Positions 1-9,413 are shown, counted from the stretch's first letter. The stretch is 64,000 nt of DNA from Elusimicrobiota bacterium (GCA_016212855.1 JACRDP010000010.1:174622-238621); one strand, 5' to 3'. A program made the numbers and translations. Notes: generated by a model from the letters alone, not told the origin.

Positions 1-436
1 AACCCGGCCCCTTGATCACCTCGACGCGCTCGATCGTGCGGATGTCAAAGCTGCTGTCGTGAAGCCAGTAGCTCCCGCCGTATACGTTGTCGTTCATGCG
101 GTGTCCATTGAGCTGAAGAAGCACGCGGTTGGTGTAGTCGCCGGGACGGCCGAAGCCGCGCACCCAAAGATACGAGTAGTTGCGGTCGGAAATCACGTAG
201 AAGCCGGGCACGCTTTGCATGGCTTCCCCTAAGGTGCGCCAGCCGTACAATTCGATGTCGGCGGCGGTGATGACGAAGGCGTTGGCGGGGGCCTGCGACA
301 GGGGCTGAGGAAGCTTGCTGGCGGCGACGACCTTCGCCTCCTCTTCGAAGAACGTGAAAGCCGTCTCGGGCTCACCCTCGCCGGCGGCGGCGTTCGGCGC
401 GGCGAGGAAAAGGAGCGCGAAAAGCGGGCCGATCAT
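1..436 (-). CDS. TonB-dependent receptor, N-terminal fragment (signal peptide + plug domain); gene runs off the window edge
   Basis: Not in the ORF track because it is open at the edge. My reverse-strand translation from ATG 436-434 reads MIGPLFALLFLAAPNAAAGE...FVITAADIELYGWRTLGEAMQSVPGFYV...VRGFGRPGDYTNRVLLQLNGHRMND...IERVEVIKGPG, a typical TBDR plug pattern. The ATG overlaps the TGA of the upstream kinase (ATGA at 433-436). Confidence 0.7.
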   Translation of the reverse strand, partial: MIGPLFALLFLAAPNAAAGEGEPETAFTFFEEEAKVVAASKLPQPLSQAPANAFVITAADIELYGWRTLGEAMQSVPGFYVISDRNYSYLWVRGFGRPGDYTNRVLLQLNGHRMNDNVYGGSYWLHDSSFDIRTIERVEVIKGPG

Positions 437-2601
437 GAGCCCGTCCGTACGGCAGGGGCCGGGATGTTCTCAACGCTCGGGAACTCGACTCGAAATGTGG
501 TTCCACGTCCCGGAACGGATTCAAGGTCGACATGCCCGCCGTGGCGTTGGATCAACTCCGACACGAGGGCCAGCCCCAGTCCCGTACCCTTGCCCGGCTC
601 TTTCGTCGTAAAGAAGGGCTCGAATATCTTCTTCTGGATGGCCTCAGGGATTCCCTGGCCGTTGTCGGTCACGCTCAGCTGGGCCCAGACAGCGCCGGCT
701 CGCTTGACGGAATTCACGCGCACCACCACCGCGCCGTTCTCGCCGACGGCGTCGAGGGCGTTGGTGCAGAGGTTGACGATGATCTGCTGGAGATGCTGGC
801 GGTCGGCGTGGATGAACACGGGCTTGGACTCTTTTTCATGGGTCAGCGCCGAGGATTTGACCTTGGCTTGGGCCTCGACCAGCGTCAGCGTCTCCGTGAC
901 GACGGCGGCCAGATCGAATACCTCTTCGTCGCGGCGCTGGTTGTGACGCGAGAACGTCAGGAGGTTCTGCACGAGGCGCTTGCAGCGCAGGCTTTCGCGC
1001 TCGATGGCTTGCAGAGGCGCCAGCCACGGGTGTCCCGGCTCCATGCGCTTGAGAACGGACTGAGAGAAGCCCAGGATCACGCCCAGAGGGTTGTTGATTT
1101 CGTGGGCCACGCCCGCGGCGAGTTGACCGACGGCGGAGAGCTTCTCGCTTTGGATCATGCGGCTTTCATAGAGCTTGCGCTCGCCGATATCCTGGATGAT
1201 GGCGACGAAGATCGGCGGCGAGCTCATCGCCGAAAGGTGCAAACGGACCTCGACCGGATACTGGCTGCCGTCCTTGCGGCGGTGTTCGGTTTCAAACAGC
1301 AACGAATCCCTTTCGCCGGATCTCAGCGGGACGAGGATGTCCTCAAACGCGGCCGCCGTAAAGCGGGGCTTGAGGTCGAGAGGCGTCATCGCCAACAGTT
1401 CGCTCATGGAGTAGCCCAGATTGCTCCGCGCGCTGGCGTTGACCGAAGTGAAGTTCAGCGTCTTGGCGTCGAACATGTAGATTTCATTGGGCGACTCGTC
1501 GAGGATTCGTCCGAGACGGCTGAGCTCGCCTTCCACCTTGTTGCGCCGCGTGACGTCACGCAACGTGAAGATGAACGACTCGTACTCGCCGTCTTTGCGC
1601 CGGATGCCCGAGAACGAGAGAAGCGCCGTAATGTCGGCGTTCGGGCGCTTGACGGTCACTTCCGGGGGTTGCTCGGGAAGAAGCGCGCCCGCGTCGTCGA
1701 CGAGCAGCCCCTCGACAAGCTCTTGAATGCGGCGGCCGCGCAACTGCGCGGAGGAGAGGCCCAGCATCTTCTCGACGGCGGGGTTGACGCGGCGGATGGC
1801 GCCCTCGCGGTCGGTGACCAGCAGCATGTCAAGCAGGCTCGAGAGAATGGCGTCGAGCGCGTTACGGCTTAGCGTCGTCGTGTCGAGATTGACGACCATC
1901 GCGTTGAAGCCGTCGCTGAGCGCGCCGAGCTCGTCTTGGCGCAAGACGGGGACCTTCACCCCGCGCTCTCCCGCTCCGACGCGCCGCGCGGCGCTTAAGA
2001 GCGCGCTGATCGGGACGAGCAGGCCTTGGAGGATCAAGACGAGAATGACGATAGTCGCCAAGTTGATGAGAGCGCTCGACATGGCGTTGCGCCTAAAGAC
2101 TTGGCTGCGGACGGCATGGACCCTCGTCAGAGGCAAGCCGACGATGAGCCGCCCAGCGAGGTCGCTTTCGTCGGAAGAAAGCGAGTCAAGGAAATCCTCA
2201 TCGTGGAGCTTGACGGGCACGCTCACGTACACAACGGGCTGCCCGTTCCAAGTGATGATGCCGGGCGCGTCGGAATCGCCTGTCGACGGCCTCTCTTGGA
2301 TTTTGCCGACCTCGGTCACATTGGTGTGGGCGATGATCCTGCTGTCCGAATAGATCGCCGCCGCGAACTCGGCGTCGAGCCCGCGCTGAATCGCTTGAAG
2401 TCGGGGAAGCATCTTCTGCTCGCTATCGAAGTCGGCGGCTATATCGTTATTGAGGCTCTTGGCGAGCACTTCACGCGCCGCAAGCGTCTGCATGCGCACG
2501 AGCTGGGCGTTTAAGGCGTTGTCGGCGATCCATAAGCTCGCGAGCGACGAGATTCCGATCACGGCCGTGGTCAGTCCTGCGATTTTGGCCACGAGCCTCA
2601 T
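433..2601 (-). CDS. Membrane sensor histidine kinase (2 TM with extracytoplasmic loop, HAMP, PAS-like modules, HisKA, HATPase_c)
   Basis: 722-aa ORF. N-terminal TM (IAGLTTAVIGISSLASLWI), second TM plus HAMP (DELGALSDGFNAMVVNL), H-box AAGVAHEINNPLG, N box NLCTNALDAV, G boxes DNGQGIP and GKGTGLGLALV. Confidence 0.9.
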   Translation of the reverse strand: MRLVAKIAGLTTAVIGISSLASLWIADNALNAQLVRMQTLAAREVLAKSLNNDIAADFDSEQKMLPRLQAIQRGLDAEFAAAIYSDSRIIAHTNVTEVGKIQERPSTGDSDAPGIITWNGQPVVYVSVPVKLHDEDFLDSLSSDESDLAGRLIVGLPLTRVHAVRSQVFRRNAMSSALINLATIVILVLILQGLLVPISALLSAARRVGAGERGVKVPVLRQDELGALSDGFNAMVVNLDTTTLSRNALDAILSSLLDMLLVTDREGAIRRVNPAVEKMLGLSSAQLRGRRIQELVEGLLVDDAGALLPEQPPEVTVKRPNADITALLSFSGIRRKDGEYESFIFTLRDVTRRNKVEGELSRLGRILDESPNEIYMFDAKTLNFTSVNASARSNLGYSMSELLAMTPLDLKPRFTAAAFEDILVPLRSGERDSLLFETEHRRKDGSQYPVEVRLHLSAMSSPPIFVAIIQDIGERKLYESRMIQSEKLSAVGQLAAGVAHEINNPLGVILGFSQSVLKRMEPGHPWLAPLQAIERESLRCKRLVQNLLTFSRHNQRRDEEVFDLAAVVTETLTLVEAQAKVKSSALTHEKESKPVFIHADRQHLQQIIVNLCTNALDAVGENGAVVVRVNSVKRAGAVWAQLSVTDNGQGIPEAIQKKIFEPFFTTKEPGKGTGLGLALVSELIQRHGGHVDLESVPGRGTTFRVEFPSVENIPAPAVRTGS

Positions 2602-3440
2602 GGCGTGGTCTCCGCAAAACCGTCATAAAAAGCGGGGTCGCCGCTGAGGCCGGCCGCAGCGGAGCCGGAGAGGCTGACGCGAATCGACAATCGTTCCGGA
2701 TACACCGTCGTGCCGCAGCGCTCCTTTTCTTTCGCTAGGCCGACGACGGACCCGGCGACTCGCCCCATCTCGTGGAAAGTCGAGCCGAGCGAGGCGGTGG
2801 CGCCTTCGGCGACCAGATTGGCGAAAGGCGCATAAAGAGGGATCTTCTTCGTCCGGGCGGCCTGCTTGAGCATCGCGAACGTCGACTCGCTGATGAGCAG
2901 GGGATCCGGCGGCAGCAGGATCGCGGCCGACTCAAAGTCCGCGGCCCGCAGGCGATCGGGAAGTCCCTCCGCCTTTTCCATCCGGTCTGTTTCGACGGCG
3001 ATGCCGGAGGCGAGACCTGCCTTGACGAAGCTCTTCAGGTAAGGGCCGAGGGCGGGGGAAACCCAAGGAACCCAGATGCGCTTTAATCCCGGTTGGAGCC
3101 GGCGCATCGCTGCGACCATCCTCGCGGGCGCGGGCATCGCCGAGACTACGACGGTACAAACGGCTTCATGACCGCTCAGCATGTATCCGGGGGCCATGGC
3201 CACGATGAGCGTGCTCGCATTTTTGTATTTGATCTGAGCCGCCTTCGCGCCGAAGGCGACGACGGTCTCGGCGGCGGCGTCATTGTCAAGCCCGGCGAGC
3301 GCGGGAGGCGCGTCTGGCCCCAGCGCTTCGCGCAGGCCCTCGAGGGCCTCGCGATACGGCTTGGACTGCGAGCTGAGCACGGCCGCGGTCTCGGCGGAGG
3401 CCGGAACGGCGAGCAAGGCGGCGAAGACGACCGTCCTCAT
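2598..3440 (-). CDS. Periplasmic substrate-binding-like protein (resembles the ABC_sub_bind/PF04392-type proteins that accompany sensor kinases)
   Basis: 280-aa ORF with signal peptide MRTVVFAALLAVPASA. ATGA overlap with the kinase start. The family call is from overall pattern only and was not searched. Confidence 0.55.
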   Translation of the reverse strand: MRTVVFAALLAVPASAETAAVLSSQSKPYREALEGLREALGPDAPPALAGLDNDAAAETVVAFGAKAAQIKYKNASTLIVAMAPGYMLSGHEAVCTVVVSAMPAPARMVAAMRRLQPGLKRIWVPWVSPALGPYLKSFVKAGLASGIAVETDRMEKAEGLPDRLRAADFESAAILLPPDPLLISESTFAMLKQAARTKKIPLYAPFANLVAEGATASLGSTFHEMGRVAGSVVGLAKEKERCGTTVYPERLSIRVSLSGSAAAGLSGDPAFYDGFAETTP

Positions 3441-3814
3441 GGGTCGCCCTCACACCGGCTCATCGCCTCGCGGGCGGCGCGCACGAACACCTCGAGGCGG
3501 AAGGGCTTGCTCAGAAACCGCTTCACGCCCAGCCTCTTGGCCCGCTCTTCGATCCCGGAAGTCGGAGAGCCGGTGATCACGATCACCGGCGCGGAGGGCT
3601 TAAGGCGCAGGAACTGCGCGGCCGCGTCGAGGCCGTTGCCGTCGCCGAGCATGATGTCGGTGACCAGCAGATCGTAGGAATCGAGGTCGTCCATGCGCAG
3701 GACGTCCGCCAGACACTCCGCCTGCGTGACCTGCCAGCGCAACGGCGCCAAGGCCCGCGCGCACAGGCGGCGGATGGAGGGCTCATCCTCCAGGATCAGG
3801 ACGCGCGGGGTCAC
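3437..3814 (-). CDS. Single-domain response regulator (receiver only)
   Basis: Receiver motifs LILEDE, LLVTDIMLGDGNG, VIVITG, LSKPF. I trimmed the tracked ORF (3437..3919) to the GTG at 3814-3812, which overlaps the TGA of the upstream gene (GTGA). The longer N-terminus is Arg/Gly-rich junk. Confidence 0.85.
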   Translation of the reverse strand: MTPRVLILEDEPSIRRLCARALAPLRWQVTQAECLADVLRMDDLDSYDLLVTDIMLGDGNGLDAAAQFLRLKPSAPVIVITGSPTSGIEERAKRLGVKRFLSKPFRLEVFVRAAREAMSRCEGDP

Positions 3815-5379
3815 CCGGCCTCCTTTACACGCGGCAGGAGAAGCGCGAAGGTGGCGCCTTCCCCCGGCCGGGAGACCGCCTCGAGCGCGCCGCCGTGCGC
3901 CGCGGCGATGCCGGCGCACACCGACAAGCCCAGCCCCGCTCCTTGGCCGGGGGCCTTGGTCGTAAAAAACGGCTTGAACAGCTTCTTGCGCAACGCCTCG
4001 TCAAAACCTTGGCCGTTGTCGGAAACCTCGACGCGGACCATGTCGCCGTCGGGTCTGATGCGCAAGGTGAGCTTCGGCGCGCGGGCCGAGGCCATCGCCT
4101 GCAGGGCGTTGCGCACGAAGTTGATGAGGACTTGCTTGATCTGCAGCGCATCGGCCAGCACGTCGGGCGTATCCGTGAATTCGCGCGCGATCGCGATGCC
4201 GTCGGCGATGTCCCAGCGAATCAGGCGCAACGCGGACTCGACCAAGGCCACGACCGGCTCGGGCTTGAGGATCGGGGGGGTGCCGCGCCCGAAGGTCAGA
4301 AGGTCCTCGACGATGCGCCGGCAGCGCTCCGTCTGCTCCAGGATGCAGGCGACGTCGTCGGCCTGCTCGGGCGTGAGGTTCGAGGTCTCCAGCATCTGGG
4401 CGGAGCCGAGGATGCCGGTCAACGGGTTGTTGATCTCGTGCGCCACGCTCGCCGCGACGCGGCCGAGGGCGTTGATCCGCTCTGACTCCTTCAAATGAGC
4501 CTGGCTGAGGGACAGTTGACGCATCAAGCGCGCGTTGACGACCGCCTGCACGGCGTGGATGGCGAAAAGGGAGAGGGTTCTCGCCTCGCTCTCGTCGAAG
4601 GGCAGCGGCGAGGCCGTGCGGTTGGCGCAGAGCACGCCGAAGACCGCGCCGGAGGAGACCAGCGGCTGGATGAGGGAGGAACGCACGCCGCGAAGGCCGG
4701 GCACGTCCTTAAAGCGCTCGTCATCGGCCAACGGCCCCAGGATCAGGTAGGACTCGCCGCTGGCCGCGGCCCGGCCGGCCACGCGCTCGCCCAGGGCGAT
4801 GCGCGCGCGACGCGGCTCCTCCCCGTCGAGCCCCGTGCAGGCGGCGACCGTCAGCGCGTCGTCCTCCAAAATCAACAAGGAGGCGTCATCGGCCTGGACC
4901 AGGCGCGCGCCGATCTCCACGATGCGCGTGAGGATCTCGTCGAGTTCGATGCTTTTGTGGATCGCTTGGGCGGCGACGTAGATGGACAAGGTGCTCTTGA
5001 GGTCCTTGCGCTCGAGAGCCTTGTCCGCGGTGCGCATCAGCACGTCGATCTCGAAGGGCTTGAGCACGAAGTCGTAGGCGCCCAGGCGCATGGCCGCCAC
5101 GGCGGTCTCCACCGTTCCGTCGCCGGTCATGAGCACGACCTCGGTCTGCGGCGAGCGCAGCTTGACGATTTCAAGCAGGCTCAAGCCGTCCATGCCGGGC
5201 ATGCGGACATCGCTGAGCATCAGGTGGAAATTCTGCCGGCCGAGCAGTTCCAGCGCCTTCGCCCCGCTCTCCGTCGTGACGACCTCCCAGCCGCGCGCTT
5301 TCAGCTCGAAGTCGAGCATTTCACGCACGCCGGGCTCGTCGTCGACGACAAGCACGCTCGTGCGGGGCGGGTCGGTCAT
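3811..5379 (-). CDS. Cytoplasmic hybrid histidine kinase: receiver + GAF-like + HisKA + HATPase_c
   Basis: 522 aa. N-terminal receiver (VLVVDDEPG, LMLSDVRMPGMDG, LKPF), central GAF-like region, H-box AASVAHEINNPLTG, G boxes DNGQGF and GQGAGLGLSV. No TM segment. Confidence 0.9.
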   Translation of the reverse strand: MTDPPRTSVLVVDDEPGVREMLDFELKARGWEVVTTESGAKALELLGRQNFHLMLSDVRMPGMDGLSLLEIVKLRSPQTEVVLMTGDGTVETAVAAMRLGAYDFVLKPFEIDVLMRTADKALERKDLKSTLSIYVAAQAIHKSIELDEILTRIVEIGARLVQADDASLLILEDDALTVAACTGLDGEEPRRARIALGERVAGRAAASGESYLILGPLADDERFKDVPGLRGVRSSLIQPLVSSGAVFGVLCANRTASPLPFDESEARTLSLFAIHAVQAVVNARLMRQLSLSQAHLKESERINALGRVAASVAHEINNPLTGILGSAQMLETSNLTPEQADDVACILEQTERCRRIVEDLLTFGRGTPPILKPEPVVALVESALRLIRWDIADGIAIAREFTDTPDVLADALQIKQVLINFVRNALQAMASARAPKLTLRIRPDGDMVRVEVSDNGQGFDEALRKKLFKPFFTTKAPGQGAGLGLSVCAGIAAAHGGALEAVSRPGEGATFALLLPRVKEAG

Positions 5380-5738
5380 GGCAGAGGCTCCAGCGCGAAC
5401 GCGATCACTTCATCAAAGCGCGCGGGCTTGGGCAGGCAGGCGAGGGCGCCCGCGGCCAGGGCGGCGGCGGCGATATCCTCGTTCATCACGCTGTAGACGA
5501 GAATTTTCTGGCCGGGACGGGCCGCGATCATACGGCGCACGAGCTCCGGGCCCGTAGCGTCGCCCAGGAATCCGTCGACCAGCACCAAGTCGTAGCCTCG
5601 TTCGCAGACCATGCGAAGGGCCGCGGCGGCGGTGCCGGCCTCGGCGACCAGCCACCCGCGTTCGGACAACGCGAAGCGCGCCAGGTCAAGATAGCTCGGC
5701 TCGTCATCGACGACCAGTATGCGCGAAATGGCCGTCAC
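5376..5738 (-). CDS. Single-domain response regulator (receiver only)
   Basis: 120 aa. ILVVDDEP, LVLVDGFLGDATG, LVYSV, LPKP. 4-nt overlaps on both sides. Confidence 0.85.
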   Translation of the reverse strand: MTAISRILVVDDEPSYLDLARFALSERGWLVAEAGTAAAALRMVCERGYDLVLVDGFLGDATGPELVRRMIAARPGQKILVYSVMNEDIAAAALAAGALACLPKPARFDEVIAFALEPLP

Positions 5739-6109
5739 GCGCCACCCCCCGCGGTCAGGCGCAGCGCCGTGGCGATGAGGGCCCGGGGCTCGGCGGGTTT
5801 GCTGAGGCAGGCATCGGCCCCGCAGGAGCGCCGCAGGGACTCGGCCTCCTCCGGAGGGCAGGCGGTCAGCAGAAGCACGGGCACGGCCGCGGTCGCCGGG
5901 TCGGCCTTGAGCGCGAGACAGGCCTCGGTGCCGTCCATGCCCGGCATGTGCGCGTCGAGCACGATCAAGTCGGGCGTGCGCGCACGCGCGGCGGCCAAGG
6001 CCTGGCCCCCGTCGTCGGCCAGGAAAATGGAGAACCCCGCCGCCTCGAGCCTGAGACGGGAAATTTCGCGTCCGAAGAAATCGTCATCGGCCAAGAGCGC
6101 TTGGGGCAT
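5735..6109 (-). CDS. Single-domain response regulator (receiver only)
   Basis: Trimmed from ORF 5735..6268 to ATG 6109-6107 (MPQALLADDDFFG...). LIVLDAHMPGMDG, LLLTA, LSKP. The discarded N-terminus is Arg/Pro-rich and overlaps the upstream gene. Confidence 0.8.
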   Translation of the reverse strand: MPQALLADDDFFGREISRLRLEAAGFSIFLADDGGQALAAARARTPDLIVLDAHMPGMDGTEACLALKADPATAAVPVLLLTACPPEEAESLRRSCGADACLSKPAEPRALIATALRLTAGGGA

Positions 6110-6488
6110 ACCCTCTCCCTTCGGCCTTGGCCAGCCAGCCGCGCACGAAGGCGACCGCGTCTCGCGGCGAGCAGGGCTTGGCGAGGTAGCCGTCACAACC
6201 CGCCTCGAGGGTGCGGACCTCGTCGCCCGCCATCGCGTGCGCGGTGTAGGCGATGATCGGAGCCGCAAATCCCGGGACCTGCTGGAAACGGGGCGCGGCG
6301 TCCCAGCCGTCGAGACGGGGCATGGTCATGTCGAGCAGGACGAGATCGACCGGCGTCGCGGCGGCGGCGTCCAGGGCCTCGACGCCGTCTCGAGCGAGAA
6401 TGACGCTGAAGCCCGCGGCTTCAAGCGCGGAGCGCATGATGGAGCGGTTGTCGCAATCGTCCTCGGCGAGCAGAATTCGCTTAGACAT
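6084..6488 (-). CDS. Single-domain response regulator (receiver only)
   Basis: 134 aa. ILLAEDD, LVLLDMTMPRLDG, IIAYTA, LAKP. Confidence 0.85.
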   Translation of the reverse strand: MSKRILLAEDDCDNRSIMRSALEAAGFSVILARDGVEALDAAAATPVDLVLLDMTMPRLDGWDAAPRFQQVPGFAAPIIAYTAHAMAGDEVRTLEAGCDGYLAKPCSPRDAVAFVRGWLAKAEGRGYAPSALGR

Positions 6489-8364
6489 GGGAGATCTCCT
6501 CCATTTTCGCCAGACGGCTGCGCACGGCGCTCAGCATCTCTTCGACGCCCGCCTTGCCTTTCTGCATGACGAGTTCGGCGCGGGTCTCGAGCGCCGCTTG
6601 TTCGGCGCGCGTGAGCGTGCGTCCGGTCAGAACGATGACCGGCACCCGGCTCAGCGCGGGCTCGGCCGCCATGGCCTCGAGAATCTTGGCGCCGTCCATG
6701 TCGGGCATGCCCAGGTCCACGAAGGCGAGGTCCGGCGGCTCGGCGCGCATGGACGCGAGCGCGCGCCGGCCGCTGCCGGAGCAGGTGACGCGATAGCCTT
6801 CGGACGTCAGGGCGATCTTCATGAATTCGGCCACGTCCGGGTCGTCGTCGGCGACGTGTATGCGACGGCCCTTGGGGGCGTCGAGCGCGTTGAGCCGGGC
6901 GATGAGGAGCGTGTAGTCCACGGGCTTGACCAGCCAATCGCTCACGCCCAGGGAATAGCCCAGCTCCCGGTTCTCGCCCGAGGTCACCACCAGGACGGGA
7001 ATGGCGGCGGTCTCGGGGTTTGATTTGAGAGACTGAAGAATCGTCCAACCGTCGAGGCGCGGCATCATGATGTCGAGAGTGATCGCGTAAGGCTTGAGAT
7101 TCTTGGCCAGGGCCAGGCCTTCCTCGCCTGATTGGGCCGTCGCCGTCGCGTAGCCTCCGGCCTCCAAGCCGTCGCGCAAGAGAGCCAAGGTGGTCTGGTC
7201 GTCTTCGATGATCAGCACGAGCTTGCTTCCGGCGTTCTGCGCGTGGGAGCGCCCCGCGGGGATGACGATCTGCGCCTGCTCGACGAGCACGTCCGCGCGG
7301 AAGGTCGTTCCGCGTCCCAGGACGCTCTCCACGCTTACGCCGCCGCCCATCAGCTCCGCTATTTTCTTGACGATGGAAAGCCCCAGCCCCGTGCCGCCGT
7401 GACGGCGAACGAGCGTGCCTTCAAGCTGGCGGAATTGTTCGAACAACTTGCCCTGATCCTCCGGGGAAATGCCCGCTCCGGTGTCGGCGACGCTCAACGT
7501 GAGACGGCGTTTGTCCGGCGTGACGACGGCGCAGATATCGATAGAACCCTTCTCGGTGAACTTCACGGCGTTGCCGGCGAGATTGATGAGTATCTGCCGC
7601 AGTTTGCTCTTGTCGGACCGCACGCGCAGTCCTGCGGCAGCCTGCGTACGCAAGGAGAGTCCCTTTTCCTCGGCCAGGACGGAGAGGGTTTGGCGAACTT
7701 CCTCGAGCAGCTCCGTGAGCTCAAAATCCTCCGGATGCACGGGCATCATTCCCGCGTTGAGCTTGGAGAGATCGAGCACGTCGTTGATCAAGGTCAGCAG
7801 CGCCCGGGCGCTGGCCGTGACGCGGCCCAGGGCCTGCGCCTGCGCCGCCGGGGCGGGGCCGTAAACGCCGTCGATGACGAGCTCGGTGTAGCCGATGATC
7901 GAATTGAGCGGCGTGCGCAGTTCATGGCTCATGCTCGCCAGGAACTCGCTTTTGACGCGGTCAGTTTCCTGCAGATCCGTCACGCGGCCTTTGAGCCGCG
8001 CGCGCTCGAGCGCGCGATCGAGCGTCACCGCCAAGCGCTCGATCTCGTAGGGCTTGGTGACATAATCGTAAGCGCCGCAGCGCATCGATTCGATGGCCGT
8101 CTCCAGGGTGGCGCAGCCCGTGGCCATGATCACCTCGGCGTGGGGCATGCGCTCCTTGATGCGCTTGAGCGTTTCCACCCCGCCGATGCCCGGCATCATG
8201 ATGTCGCACAGCACGACTTCGAAGCGGTCGAGGGCGGTCTTCTCGAGGGCCTCCTCGCCGCTGCCGGCGCCCGCGACCTCCCAGCGCTGCGACAGCTCGA
8301 AAGTGAGCATATCTCTCAGTCCGGCCTCGTCATCGACGATCAGAATCTTGGGCTTGGCGTCCAT
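6481..8364 (-). CDS. Cytoplasmic hybrid histidine kinase: receiver + HisKA + HATPase_c + receiver + receiver
   Basis: 627 aa. REC1 (ILIVDDEAG, VLCDIMMPGIGG, TKPY), H-box FLASMSHELRTPLNSIIGY, G boxes DTGAGIS and GGTGLGLSIV, REC2 (LIIEDDQ, ITLDIMMPRLDG, LVKP), REC3 (HVADDDPD, AFVDLGMPDMDG). Confidence 0.9.
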   Translation of the reverse strand: MDAKPKILIVDDEAGLRDMLTFELSQRWEVAGAGSGEEALEKTALDRFEVVLCDIMMPGIGGVETLKRIKERMPHAEVIMATGCATLETAIESMRCGAYDYVTKPYEIERLAVTLDRALERARLKGRVTDLQETDRVKSEFLASMSHELRTPLNSIIGYTELVIDGVYGPAPAAQAQALGRVTASARALLTLINDVLDLSKLNAGMMPVHPEDFELTELLEEVRQTLSVLAEEKGLSLRTQAAAGLRVRSDKSKLRQILINLAGNAVKFTEKGSIDICAVVTPDKRRLTLSVADTGAGISPEDQGKLFEQFRQLEGTLVRRHGGTGLGLSIVKKIAELMGGGVSVESVLGRGTTFRADVLVEQAQIVIPAGRSHAQNAGSKLVLIIEDDQTTLALLRDGLEAGGYATATAQSGEEGLALAKNLKPYAITLDIMMPRLDGWTILQSLKSNPETAAIPVLVVTSGENRELGYSLGVSDWLVKPVDYTLLIARLNALDAPKGRRIHVADDDPDVAEFMKIALTSEGYRVTCSGSGRRALASMRAEPPDLAFVDLGMPDMDGAKILEAMAAEPALSRVPVIVLTGRTLTRAEQAALETRAELVMQKGKAGVEEMLSAVRSRLAKMEEISHV

Positions 8365-8421
8365 AAGACTGAGTATATAGTCCCGGGATTGGGCCCGACT
8401 TACAGGGCGCTTAACTGACGC

Positions 8422-8826
8422 TTAAGTCCGGGCGGCGGGGGGCGCGACGACGCCCGCGAACTTCCACACATAATCACGGACTTTGCGCAAATCGAGAGGC
8501 TTGCTCATCAGGCCGATGGTCGAGTCATTGGCCGGAAGAAGCGCCCGCGCCCGCTGCGGATCCATCGCCGTCATGAAGAGGATGGGCACGCGCGGCAGGC
8601 TCGGGTCATCGCGCAGGAGCTTAAGCGTCCGCGTGCCGTCTCCAAAGCCCGGCATCTGTATATCGGAGATGATCAAGAGGGGAGAGAGGTCGCGCGCTTG
8701 GATGAAGGCTTGCAGGGAGTCTTGCGCGGTCGTGACGGTCAATTCCGGATGTTCCAACGCCGCTTGCAAGACAGCCAGCATCGTCGGATCGTCGTCCACC
8801 ACCAGTATCCAGCGTTTCTTCGCCAT
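8422..8826 (-). CDS. Single-domain response regulator (receiver only)
   Basis: 134 aa. ILVVDDDP, LIISDIQMPGFGDG, LFMTA, MSKP. Confidence 0.85.
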   Translation of the reverse strand: MAKKRWILVVDDDPTMLAVLQAALEHPELTVTTAQDSLQAFIQARDLSPLLIISDIQMPGFGDGTRTLKLLRDDPSLPRVPILFMTAMDPQRARALLPANDSTIGLMSKPLDLRKVRDYVWKFAGVVAPPAART

Positions 8827-8846
8827 GATCGGCCTCGCCCGCGAGC

Positions 8847-9413
8847 TTACGATCCCCTCGTCTCGCGGCCGGACCTGGAAGCGACCGGCAGATCGATGAG
8901 ATAAACCGTTCCCGCGCCCTCTTCGCTCGAGACGTTGATGACGCCGCCGGATCTCTCGATTTGGCGCCGGGCCTCGGAGAGGCCGGAGTGCCCGTTCCCA
9001 TACATCGCGACGAGCTCCTGGACGCTCATCCCGGGGCCGCAGTCGCGCAACTCCAAAGTGAGCCTGCCGGAGGAAGCGCTCAGACGCAGCCCCATGCGGG
9101 CTTTGCGCCCCTTCATGGATTGCGCGGAGAGCGTCATAAGGCTGGAGAGACCGGCGCGCAGAAGGGAAGGATCGGCCAGGACCTGAACTCCTTTCTCGGC
9201 GCGGGAAAAGCGGAATTCAGTCCGGTGCAGGCTCTGCGTCGCATCCGCCTTCGCGAGCCAGATGAGCCGGGAGATGTCGGTCGCCTCGACGACCGCGCGC
9301 GCCGGAGCCGCGCTCCTCGACGCCGGCGCGGCAACGCGGATCGCGACGGGCGACAAAGGGATGAACGGCGAGGAGAACAAGGCCGACGTCACGACGAGCA
9401 GGGCGGGTTTCAT
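8847..9413 (-). CDS. Exported HATPase_c-like protein without HisKA domain (degenerate kinase ATPase module)
   Basis: 188 aa. Hydrophobic N-terminus (MKPALLVVTSALFSSPFIPLS), then LELRDCGPGM (G1-like), GHSGLSEARR (G2-like, degenerate) and GAGTVYLIDLP. No H-box, and the N-box Asn is not evident. Confidence 0.55.
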   Translation of the reverse strand: MKPALLVVTSALFSSPFIPLSPVAIRVAAPASRSAAPARAVVEATDISRLIWLAKADATQSLHRTEFRFSRAEKGVQVLADPSLLRAGLSSLMTLSAQSMKGRKARMGLRLSASSGRLTLELRDCGPGMSVQELVAMYGNGHSGLSEARRQIERSGGVINVSSEEGAGTVYLIDLPVASRSGRETRGS

